Below are positions 1-10,952 of a stretch of 64,000 bases of DNA, piece by piece. The notes under the pieces are model-generated. The model did no database searches and was not told where the DNA came from. It worked only from the letters and a program-made list of their open reading frames with translations. Made by a program: the position numbers and the translations under genes. Within the stretch, counting starts at the first letter, position 1; every line of letters starts with the position of its first letter. The stretch lies in NCBI GenBank assembly GCA_964016885.1, contig OZ024766.1:7068001-7132000 (forward strand), read 5' to 3'. Source of the DNA: Eledone cirrhosa (lineage: Eukaryota).

Positions 1-7
1 GTATGTA

Positions 8-41
<34 letters not shown>

Positions 42-42
42 C

Positions 43-338
43 GTGAACGGCAAAGCATAAACGAACTAAGGAAAAAATTAGAGATAAGAGGGATCAGATG
101 TTGTTTACTCGAGAGAAGGCTACGTTGGTATGGACACGTGATGCGCATGAAAGTCGATAGCTGTATAACAAAGTGCAGGGCAATAAAGATAGACGGTAGC
201 CACGGAATAGGCAGACCTAGAAAAACCTGGGATGAGCTGATAAACTCCGACATCACACACTTACACCTCACCAAGACAATGTCACTGGACCGAGACCTTT
301 GGCGGTACTCAGTAACAGAGAAGACCCGCCTTACCTAA
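43..338 (+). mobile_element. RTE-clade LINE 3' end (ORF C-terminus remnant)
   Basis: Translation RRLRWYGHVMRM...GRPRKTWDELI...DRDLWR is the typical RTE C-terminus; 3' UTR-like tail continues to ~550. Confidence 0.85.
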
Positions 339-554
339 ATACATAGTAAAACCTACTCCAGCCAGTAGGCATCTCTAACAAAATACACCCCGTCCCACCA
401 CCCCCACCCCATCCACACCACCCCGTTCTATGTAAAGTTATGTTGGTGCCGCGCCATCCAGGCCGAAACAAATGAGATCGTGTAGGTGTCACGACAAAAA
501 AACACACAGTCCACGCTGTAATGTGGCCGTGTAGGCAACACGGTAACATACAAA

Positions 555-1444
555 TCTGAACACGAGAACATACAAATCTGGCGCAACTTTTCCATTTTAG
601 CTTGATCGTAATTGAGTCACTCACCAAATGCATACATCTTTGCACTATAGATGATTGTGGACATCCACCGAGTGTTATGATGTGCACCAGGCAGCATCCA
701 ATGAATTCCACGAGGAGGCGTGATACCAAGCAAGATCAACATCAACTCGGCACACTCTCTGTAGTTGTCCCGTGGAAGAGAACTAATTTTCCCATCGTCG
801 GATGTCAGCAAATCTTGGAGGAACTCGATGTTCTCAGAACACAGACGCTTGAGTCTCCAGTCGACAATGTTCAATGTTTTAAAGTTGGTCTTGTCCGTGA
901 GTGACACCCAATCTTTTTTTAACTCCTTGAACCCTGGGGTGTCTGGACTGGACATTGCTCCGAATAGTTGTTGCCACACTGCACACAAGATATGCTCCAT
1001 AACATGGTGCCGACAAGCAAAATGAAACACCTTTTAGTTGAGCATCTCTTCTAGTTTCACGCAGGTACCATTTTTCCATCCAGAATTCGAAGCAGTTGTG
1101 TCGAAGACCAAGCCCACCACAGACCCATCAACATTCCAATCTTTAACAAGATCAAATGATGCTTTGGTTTGGGTGGTTCCAGTGCCATCAGGAATTATGG
1201 GAACACCGAGGAGTTTACCTTCTCTGAAGTCCGGATTTCCAGCAACTAACACACCTAGTCTCTCGTGGTCACCAGGAATTATTTTGCCATCCCAATGCAA
1301 GATAACAAAGTCTGGTACAGCAAATTGTTCCTTTATGTGTTCAGCCCCCACAGTTCTGATCTTCTTAGCTGCACGTCTGCTACTATTCTTGGAGAGAGTT
1401 GTGGCCTCTATGTCAGTCCCACCCTCAGAAATAATCGATGCCAT
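555..1444 (-). pseudogene. DDE transposase pseudogene (catalytic core)
   Basis: ILHWDGK...KLLGVP...FDTTASNSG...ACRHHVME...PGAHHNTRWM. ORFs 1034-1444 and 617-1030 are in one frame, split by an in-frame TAA at 1034-1036, with a second stop at 617-619. Confidence 0.85.
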
Positions 1445-1757
1445 AAATGCTGTTCTCTGGCCCAGTCGTCAGGTTTAAACGATCAGCCATTAGAGAAATT
1501 TTTGGACTTTGAAATGGATTCTTTGGGAGTTCCAGCTGGGTTTTTCGTTTCTTGTCTGACTTTGAGCTGTCTCTGGGTGGGTTTGAGGCCTGAAATTCAG
1601 GGTCCTGTTCATCTTCAGTTTCATCATTGGTTGACCTTGAATCACCCAGTTCATTACGTGGAAGTTGTGCTCCTACAGGTCCTGACAAACGCTTTCTATG
1701 GTTGTTTGACTCTCGACGAGCCACAGAAACCTGATCACGCTTAAACTTTGAAGATAC

Positions 1758-2474
1758 CTTTTTCTGGTAACCCTTGTCTTCAGCACCCAGAGATACTTCT
1801 TTCTGGTAACCCTTGTCTTCAGCACCCAGAGATACTTCTTTCTGGTAACCCTTGTCTTCAGCACCCAGAGATACTTCTTTCTGGTAACCCTTGTCTTCAG
1901 CACCCAGAGATACTTCTTTTCTGGTAACCCTTGTCTTCAGCACCCAGAGATACTTCTTTCTGGTAACCCTTGTCTTCAGCACCCAGAGATACTTTTTTTC
2001 TGGTAACCCTTGTCTTCAGCACCCAGAGATACTTCTTTCTGGTAACCCTTGTCTTCAGCACCCAGAGATACTTCTTTCTGGTAACCCTTGTCTTCAGCAC
2101 CCAGAGATACTTCTTTCTGGTAACCCTTGTCTTCAGCACCCAGAGATACTTCTTTCTGGTAACCTTTGTCTTCAGCACCCAGAGATACTTCTTTCTGGTA
2201 ACCCTTGTCTTCAGCACCCAGAGATACTTCTTTCTGGTAACCCTTGTCTTCAGCACCCAGAGATACTTCTTTCTGGTAACCCTTGTCTTCAGCACCCAGA
2301 GATACTTTTTTTCTGGTAACCCTTGTCTTCAGCACCCAGAGATACTTTTTTTCTGGTAACCCTTGTCTTCAGCACCCAGAGATACTTCTTTCTGGTAACC
2401 CTTGTCTTCAGCACCCAGAGATACTTCTTTCTGGTAACCCTTGTCTTCAGCACCCAGAGATACTTTTTTTCTGG
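1758..2474. repeat. 39-bp minisatellite inside the transposase gene
   Basis: Unit ttctggtaacccttgtcttcagcacccagagatacttct, ~18 copies, a few with 40-bp frameshifting variants. Confidence 0.95.
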
Positions 2475-2533
2475 CAGCGCAGGGCTTTGAGAAATGTAGC
2501 ATCTTCCATTTTCTGTTCATTATTACAAGTGAA

Positions 2534-3024
2534 TTGGCAGTATCGGTGGAGGGTTGGGTTATGCTTTCCAGCATAGTTACGTCCCTTTACGATCTGAGTT
2601 CAATTCCCGCCGAGGTTAACTTTGCCTTTCATCCTTACGGGGTCGATAAAATAAAGCACCAGTAATGCACTGGGATAATTGCTGGCCTTGTGCCAAAAGT
2701 AGAAACAATTATTACAGGGTTGATAAAATAAAGTACCAGTAATACACTGGGGTAATTGCTGGCCTTGTGCCAAAAGTAGAAACAATTATTACAGGGTTGA
2801 TAAAATAAAGTACCAGTAATACACTGGGGTAATTGCTGGCCTTGTGCCAAAAGTAGAAACAATTATTACAGGGTTGATAAAATAAAGTACCAGTAATACA
2901 CTGGGGTAATTGCTGGCCTTGTGCCAAAGGTAGAAACAATTATTACAGGGTTGATAAAATAAAGTACCAGTAATACACTGGGGTAATTGCTGGCCTTGTG
3001 CCAAAAAGTAGAAACAATTATTAC
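2534..3024 (+). mobile_element. tRNA-derived SINE (family B, octopus OK/OR-like) with 77-bp tail repeated ~5x
   Basis: B-box-like gagttcaattccc, central gcctttcatccttacggggtcgataaa, then tandem copies of the 3' tail. Confidence 0.8.
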
Positions 3025-3084
3025 AAAGACGGTCTTTCAAAAATTTCTTTTCAGCATCAGTATGTGCAATGTAGAAATACGAAT

Positions 3085-4137
3085 CCAATTCAGAAATAAA
3101 TAGTGCTTCTTTTTCTTCGTTTCACTTAGAACCTTTGTTTTTTTTTTGTAAATTTCTGTATTCACTGGACATGTTCACGATTTTCTGTTTCACTTTGTCT
3201 TTTCGTTGAGTACCACACCAACTTTTTTCCACTGACTAAGTACTTCCATCACAAGCCTACACACAATAGCACCATTGAAGCTCACATGCTTTTCGTGTTT
3301 CATGGGACCATCTTTCAGGTAGAAGAAATATCTTATAACATCCCCCCTTTGTTGGTATTTTGTTTGGTGAAAAGGATGTAACATATTGCCCCAGGAGCCA
3401 TATTTCTCGATCATCACAGCGGAACGAGGAGCTACAACTAGGGCCACTGGTTTCAGAAATAAATAGTGCTTCTTTTTCTTCGTTTCACTTAGAACCTTGG
3501 TTTTTTTTTTGTAAATTTCTGTATTCACTGGACATGTTCACAATTTTCTGTTTCACTTTGTCTTTTCGTTGAGTCGCCACACCAACTTTTTCCCACTGAC
3601 TAACTACTTCCATCACAAGCCTACACACAATAGCACCATTGAAGCTCACATGCTTTTCGTGTTTCATGGGACCATCTTTCAGGTAGAAGAAATATCTTAT
3701 AACATCCCCCCTTTGTTGGTATTTTGTTTGGTGAAAAGGATGTAACATATTGCCCCAGGAGCCATATTTCTCGATCATCACAGCGGAACGAGGAGCTACA
3801 ACTAGGGCCACTGGTTTCAGAAATAAATAGTGCTTCTTTTTCTTCGTTTCACTTAGAACCTTTGTTTTTTTTTTGTAAATTTCTGTATTCACTGGACATG
3901 TTCATGATTTTCTGTTTCACTTTGTCTTTTCGTTGAGTCGCCACACCAACTTTTTTCCACTGACTAACTACTTCCATCACAAGCCTACACACAATAGCAC
4001 CATTGAAGCTCACATGCTTTTCGTGTTTCATGGGACCATCTTTCAGGTAGAAGAAATATCTTAACATCCCCCCTTTGTTGGTATTTTGTTTGGTGAAAAG
4101 GATGTAACATATTGCCCCAGGAGCCATATTTCTCGAG
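3085..4137. repeat. 364-bp tandem triplication of the transposase N-terminal region
   Basis: Near-identical ORFs offset by 364 bp (3360/3724, 3485/3849). Confidence 0.9.
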
Positions 4138-4315
4138 CTACAACTAGGGCCACTGGTTTCTGCCAATTTGCAACTATTAGGCAAGGCTTAAATTAGTCTG
4201 AAATAATCAAAATTACATTATAAATTGATAATATACAAAATGGCATGAGAGAATATGTATAGGGAGTTAAGAAAAAAACACTTTTGTGTAAAATGTGGGA
4301 TTCTGGAACACCCTA

Positions 4316-4446
4316 ATATATATATGTGCGTGTATATATATGTATATATATATATATATACATGTATATATATATATATGTGTATATATATATATACATG
4401 TATATATATATATATGTATGTATATGTATGTATATATATGTGTGTA

Positions 4447-4481
<35 letters not shown>

Positions 4482-4493
4482 ATATGTATATGT

Positions 4494-4525
<32 letters not shown>

Positions 4526-4894
4526 GTATATATATGTATATATATGTATATATATATGTATATGTATATATATATATATGTATATGTATATATATGTATA
4601 TGTATATATATGTATATGTATATATATATATGTGTATATATATATACATGTATATATATATGTATATATATGTATATATATATATGTATATATATGTATA
4701 TATATATATGTGTATATATGTATATATGTATATATGTATATTTATATGTATATATATATATGTATGTATATGTATATATATGTATATATATATATGTATA
4801 TGTATATATATATATGTATGTATATGTATATATATGTATATATATATATGTATATGTATATGTATATATATATATATGTGTATATGTGTATATA
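4316..4894. repeat. (TA)n/(TATG)n microsatellite
   Basis: Direct inspection. Confidence 0.95.
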
Positions 4895-5224
4895 ATTGGC
4901 TGTGTTATTTCATATGAGATATATCAAATATCTCATTTCCCAGACGAATTGTTTCACTATAAGATTTCTACAAGGTGGGTGAAATTATACCAAGTTATGT
5001 AGAAGCTTGTGTAAGATCAACAGATTCTTATTCAAGTGGGCTCTTATAAATCTTCAGTGGGTACCCAATAACACTAATATTAATAACCAAATCAACATCA
5101 ACATTTAACGATAATCACCACCAGTGCTTGAGGGAACTGTTAGGTTGTGAGCCCAGCAGTTCTAAAGAAAATCTCACACTGTCCCGAATATGGGAGGAAG
5201 GAGGTTACAGCCAAAAAATAATAC

Positions 5225-5628
5225 ATGACCTCTGGCGTCACGCAGTAATACAGACTACCCGACCTACCATGGGTACAAGCTGAAGCATATAGACAATATG
5301 CCGCCACAGCCCCCACTGCAAGGTGGTCGTGGAGGTGCCACGGCAAAAAAGCACCCAGCCCACACTGTAAAGTGGTCGTGGAGGTGCCACGGCAAAAAAG
5401 CACCCAGCCCACACTGTAAAGTGGACGTGTAGGCGCCACGAAAAAACACCCAACACTCACTGTAAATGAGGTTGGTGTTAGGAAGGGCATCCAGCTGTAG
5501 AGATCAAGCCAAATCAGTTCCGGTATGAGCAAGGCATGGTCAGCCGACCAGACACTGCCCACAACAGGACAACCCGTCTAACCCATGCTAGCGTGGAAGA
5601 ACGGACGTAAAACGGTGATGATGATGAT
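5225..5628 (+). mobile_element. RTE LINE 3' UTR fragment with (GAT)n tail
   Basis: Matches 43410-43757 and, inverted, 32165-32530. Confidence 0.8.
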
Positions 5629-5944
5629 TATATATACACATGTATATATATATATATATACACATATATACATGTATATATATATGGAAGCACGGCCTTG
5701 AATCAAAAGGCCTTAAAATTAACCTGGCTAAATAATACATGCGCAGGTCGTTGAACTCTGGGAAGAATTCAAGCCATGTGCGATATGAAAAAATAAATAT
5801 ATGTGTGCACCGTTTAATGACACAGAGATATTTTCTCAGGCAAAATAATAGATATGAGATTCAAGAACAAACAATGAATATTCATATAAAAAAATAAATA
5901 GTCATACCATCGAGAAAGTTCATATCTAGTGTGCCAAGAGTATA

Positions 5945-6278
5945 TCATCATCATCATCATCAACGTTTAACGTCCGTGTTCCACGCTTGCATGGGTTTGG
6001 ACGGGGGTATTCCCACTTGAGGCAAGAGTGGTTGTCTTGCTCGCATAGGACTGTCTGGCAGGTTTTCTACAGTTGGATGCCCTTCCTAACACCAACCACA
6101 TTTACAGTGTGGGTCTGGGAGGTTTTTACCGTGTTGCCTACACGGCCACATTACAGCGTGGACTGTCTGGCAGGGTTTTCTACAGCTGGATGCCCTTCCT
6201 AACACCAACCACATTTACAGTGTGGGTCTGGGAGGTTTTTACCGTGTTGCCTACACGGCCACATTACAGCGTGGACTA
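5945..6278 (-). mobile_element. Second RTE-like 3' tail family, with an internal ~123-bp duplication
   Basis: Reverse complement of 63595-63875; also related to 455-550. Confidence 0.7.
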
Positions 6279-6803
6279 TCTGGGGCAGTTGTCAGGATAG
6301 GTGCAGTTACAGTTGTGTACGTTGGGTTTTCTCTGGAGTAGTATTGCGGATGAACTTAGGTGTGGTTTATTTATGTTCTGTAGTCTATTGTCTACTGTTT
6401 TTTTGTGTTCTTTGTACTTAAGTTTTTAGTGTTTTCGTTTAACTTCACTGCTATCAAAAAACCACTCCCTCAACTATTCACCCCTCCCTCCTAATATTCT
6501 CTATAAAAACCAAACAGGTCCTCAGTAAAATTATTCCGATGAAATGACAGTTGATAATAACATTGAAATATTGAATGTCTACATAACTAATACTTTGTAG
6601 ATAGCAGCTGTTTTCAGGTTATGTAACTGTTACAGAAACACGTGTCAATAAATTCCTTCTTAACTAAACTGTATCCATTAAAATCCTTCTATTTTTCTCC
6701 GGATTACTTTTGGAACTACAACTGGAACCGTCGAGCAAACTCTGCGTGAGCTGTCCATCTACTGTGTGTCATATTTATATTACAACACTACGGAAAATAC
6801 TGT

Positions 6804-6835
<32 letters not shown>

Positions 6836-6872
6836 ATATGTGTATATATATATATAGGTTTTAATATAGATG

Positions 6873-6923
6873 AGATTCTACAGGACTAGAACTGTTTCAT
6901 TCTTCAGAAATCATCAGGAATCT
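6873..6923 (-). ncRNA. Minimal type I hammerhead ribozyme motif (Penelope-like)
   Basis: Minus strand reads AGATTC-CTGATGA-TTTCTGAAGAAT-GAAA-CAG-TTCTAGTC-CTG-TA-GAATCT: 6-bp stem I, intact CUGAUGA/GAAA core, 3-bp stem III, GUA cleavage triplet. Confidence 0.75.
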
Positions 6924-7475
6924 GGGTATCAAAAAATAATTATGGTATATATTATTTTCTACAAGTGGTAGGAGAGGGTGGTGATTGGGATGGGTGTAGG
7001 TCATTGGTTGACAGAATTCATTAGAAGCTAATTCAACAAAGCTATAGTTTATTTTTATTTTTATTTTTAGAGTAACAAAGGCAGGAAGAATTCTATAAAC
7101 AGGTTCAGGATGGCATGCCAATCCTTATTAAGCTAACAGGCGTCTATAAAATCAGTGGGGGTCAGTCATGGTAGATAGATTTAAAGGATGGGAGATTCTT
7201 AAAAGCTAAATTCTTTACTAAGTGACAAGGTTGAGAAAATTCTGTAGACAAATTCAAAATATTGCGTGCATATCTTACTATTGTCGTCAAATTTCTCTTA
7301 AACTATTCAACTATATGCCAAAATCAACAGACCCATTCACAAAACACACTCACTCATACACTGGCGCGCACCCATACACACCCACATACACATACACGCA
7401 TATATATATATAAATATATATATATATACATATATATACATACATACATATACATATATATATATATATATATAT

Positions 7476-7830
7476 CTAAGGCGGGTAAAATTCCCGAGAT
7501 CCATGGACGAGTTCTCTCCAGCGGTCTCTGTCCCTCATTATCGCTGCCATATCCTGCATCTCCAACAGACCAGTGTCTGTCCTTAGGGCATCAACATATG
7601 TTAACCTTGGTCTTCCTCTTCTAGTGTGTCCATGTAGGGGCTCCCACAGGAGCACTGAGTGCAATGTCAACTCTGGATGTCGGTGAGCATGTCCAGCCAA
7701 CCTCAGTCTCCTCTGTGTCACTTTTGAGCTGACTTTTGGGAGGCTCCCATACAGCTCTGAGTTTTTCATCCTCAGCATTCTCGTGTAGCACCCATCCACC
7801 ATCTGAGTGAGTTTCTTGGTCAGTGTCCAT
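7476..7830 (-). mobile_element. RTE-like LINE C-terminal fragment
   Basis: WTLTKKL...DGCYTRMLR...RRLRLAGH...RRGRPRLTYVD...DRDRWR. Confidence 0.85.
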
Positions 7831-7913
7831 ATATACACATACATACATATATATATATATACACACACACACACATATACATATACATATATAAGTATAC
7901 ACCATATATACAC

Positions 7914-7949
<36 letters not shown>

Positions 7950-8100
7950 ATATATATAGAGAGAGAGAGAGAATTAGTATATTTACCAACATATGCGTAC
8001 AGGTGTACACCAATGCTAGCAAATACATAAGTTATGTCATAGTACCTAGGTGGTTCAATGCATTTTTAAAATTTTCTTTGTCTTTCATATATATATATAT

Positions 8101-8460
8101 ATCATCATCATCATCATCATTTTACGTCCACTTTTTCCCTACTTGCAAGGGTGGGACGGGAAGGGTGGGACGGGAACTGATTCTGGCTTGATTTCTACAG
8201 CTGGATGCCCTTCCTAACACCAACCTCATTTACAGTGAGTGCTGGGTGCTTTTTTTGCCGTGGCACCTCCACGACCACTTTGCAGTGGAATGATATGGAC
8301 CCCAGTCCCTATCATCTCATTTCTACAGCTGAGTAAACTGGAGCAATGTGAAATAAAGTGTCTTGCTCAAGGAAACAACACATCACCCGGTCTGAGAATT
8401 GAACTCACAACCATTCGATTGCAAGGCCAATGTTCTAACCACTAAGCCATGTACCTCCAT
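8101..8460 (-). mobile_element. tRNA-derived SINE family A (RTE-type tail)
   Basis: Head ggaggtacatggcttagtggttaga (A box) and gagttcaattc (B box), (GAT)n tail; several near-identical copies in the window. Confidence 0.85.
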
Positions 8461-8785
8461 TGGGTCAGTGTCCATATATACACATACATACATATATATA
8501 TATACACACACACACACACATATACACACATATACATATATAAGTATACACCATATATACACACATATATATATATACACATATACATACACACATACAT
8601 ATACATACATACACACATACATCTCCCTTTCCTTTAAATATATCTACCATGACTGACCCCCACCGATTTTATAGACGCCTGTTAGCTTAATAAGGATTGG
8701 CATGCCATCCTGAACCTGTTTATAGAATTCTTCCTGCCTTTGTTACTCTAAAAATAAAAATAAACTATAGCTTTGTTGAATTAGC

Positions 8786-9105
8786 TGGGTGAATGTGGCG
8801 AGAATGGCTCGTGTGAATGGGCCTACTCTGACCATGCGCCTATAGGCTAGCTAACTTGAGGAGAGGGGTGCTCTCCCTGGGTGCCCTAGAAGCGCAGGGT
8901 GGTTCAGGATTGGTGGGGTACCCGAGTCACCCCAGGGTCGTCCACCCCCTATCGGGGAATTTATTTTGTTATATTTATGCATAGTTTATTTTATATTTGC
9001 ATATCTTCATTGTTAAATTAGTCTTGCCATTGTGCACTTTTACTCGACCTTATTGTAAACCCCCCACTGTCCCTGTCTTTGTATTGTCCCCTTGTGGCTA
9101 ATAAA
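8786..9105 (+). mobile_element. Probable L1/Tx1-like LINE 3' end
   Basis: Short frame WVNVARMARVNGPTLTMRL* followed by a UTR-like stretch ending in AATAAA (9100-9105). Clade is from recall. Confidence 0.5.
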
Positions 9106-9123
9106 TCGTCGTCTGTATTTCAG

Positions 9124-9292
9124 TTGAAGCCCACCTAACATATGAACTCAAAACCCCTCACAGGAACCTCAGATATGAGAATAGTGTGGCAACCAGAGCA
9201 ATTACCTGGTCCCCGGATGGTACTTACTTTGCCTGGTCCTGTGGTAAGGGTTACGTGGTGGTCTGCCCTTGGGATTCTCAACACAACAAACT
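9124..9292 (+). CDS. WSB1: WD repeat and SOCS box protein, first visible coding exon
   Basis: tttcag acceptor, gtaagt donor. EAHLTYELKTPHRNLRYENSVATRAITWSPDGTYFAWSCGKGYVVVCPW resembles WSB1 APDGSYFAWSQG...VPW. Confidence 0.9.
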
Positions 9293-9379
9293 GTAAGTTG
9301 AACCCTGCATATGTTTGTGCACAAAATCGCATGCCAAGAAGTGGCTGATAATGTAAAGATGCACTTGTGGTTTTTTTTA

Positions 9380-9431
9380 TATATAGAGAAAGGGATGGGT
9401 TAAAATATATATATATAGAGAGAGAGGGGGT

Positions 9432-9472
<41 letters not shown>

Positions 9473-10392
9473 GGGGGGGTTAAATGTATGTATATATATA
9501 TATAGAGAGAGAGAGGGGGTTAAATGTATATATAGAGAGAGGGGGTTAAATATATATAGAGAGAGATAGGGGTTTTATAATATAGAGAAAGGAGGGTTAA
9601 ATATATATATATATATATATATATAGCGAGAGGGGGTTAAATGTATATATATAGAGAAGAGGTTAAATATATATAGAGAGAGATAGGGGGTTTATAATAT
9701 AGAGAAAGGAGGGTTAAATATATATATAGCGAGAGGGGGTTAAATGTATATATATAGAGAGGGAGTTAAATATATATATAGAGAGATAGGGGGTTTATAA
9801 TATAGAGAAAGGAGGGTTAAATATATATATATATATATAGCGAGAGGGGGTTAAATGTATATATATAGAGAGAGATAGGGGGTTTATAATATAGAGAAAG
9901 GAGGGTTAAATATATATATAGCGAGAGGGGGTTAAATGTATATATATAGAGAAGAGGTTAAATATATATATAGAGTGAGATAGGGGGTTTATAATATAGA
10001 GAAAGGAGGGTTAAATATATATAGCGAGAGGGGGTTAAATGTATATATAGAGTGAGATAGAGGGGGTTAAATATATATATAGAGTGAGATAGAGGGTTTA
10101 TAATATAGAGAAAGGAGGGTTAAATATATATATATATATATATATAGCGAGAGGGCGTTAAATGTATATATATAGAGAAGGGGTTAAATATATATATAGA
10201 GAGATAGGGGGTTTATAATATAGAGAAAGGAGGGTTAAATATATATAGCGAGAGGGGGTTAAATGTATATATATAGAGAGGGGGTTAAATATATATATAG
10301 AGAGATAGGGGGTTTATAATATAGAGAAAGGAGGGTTAAATATATATATATAGAGAGAGATAGAGGGTTTATAATATAGAGAGAGGGGGTTA
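9380..10392. repeat. Compound minisatellite (gagagggggttaaat(at)n blocks)
   Basis: Direct inspection. Confidence 0.9.
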
Positions 10393-10429
10393 TCCGTGAA
10401 TATTTTCACGGGTCCAGCTAGTTAATGGG

Positions 10430-10622
10430 GAGGTGGATTGGCAGAATCGGTAGAGGGTCGGACGCCATGCTTTCCAGCATAGTTACGTCCCTTTATGATC
10501 TGGGTTCAAATCCCGCCGAGGTTGACTTTGCCTTTCATCCGGGGGGGGTCGATAAAATAAAGTACCAGTAATGCACTGGGGTAATTGCTGGCCTTGTGCC
10601 TAAAGTAGAAACGGTTATTATT
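10430..10622 (+). mobile_element. SINE family B
   Basis: Same head, core and tail as 2534, 34900, 35088, 36524, 37402, 53418. Confidence 0.8.
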
Positions 10623-10680
10623 ATCTGTGGCATAGAGTTACGGCCCTTTACACTCACCATTTCTGCCCTGTCTTTTACAG

Positions 10681-10764
10681 CGTACTGGAATTGAAGAGGA
10701 CCCTAGATTGTGCAGAGCAGGTCCACTCCCTGGCTTTTAGCACTGCCCCTAAATTGAAGAAACT

Positions 10765-10795
<31 letters not shown>

Positions 10796-10952
10796 CACCT
10801 CCAAAATGGCGACACGTCAGTGACCCTTCTGGATGAAGACCATCTCCACGGCGATGACCCCGTCCGACCTTGTCTCATCCCCTTCGACAAATGTCTCGTT
10901 TTGGCTGTCGGAGTCAAGACCGGTCGAATCCAGCTCTGGAACGCCTACAGTG
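10681..10952 (+). CDS. WSB1: WSB1 coding exon
   Basis: ttacag/gtatgt boundaries, phase matches both neighbours. TLDCAEQVHSLAFS...LAVGVKTGRIQLWNAYSG. Confidence 0.93.

Larger units (their letters stand above)
555..4315 (-). mobile_element. Decayed hAT-superfamily (probably hATm-like) DNA transposon, one end retained
   Basis: Transposase remnants on - strand plus a terminus reading TAGGGTGTTCC inward from 4315 next to a TA tract. The other end is not seen. Subfamily assignment is from recall. Confidence 0.65.

Noticed and set aside
9380-10392. Telomeric repeat (gggtta motifs)
   Set aside because: The motifs are isolated within a TA/GA minisatellite and are not tandem TTAGGG.
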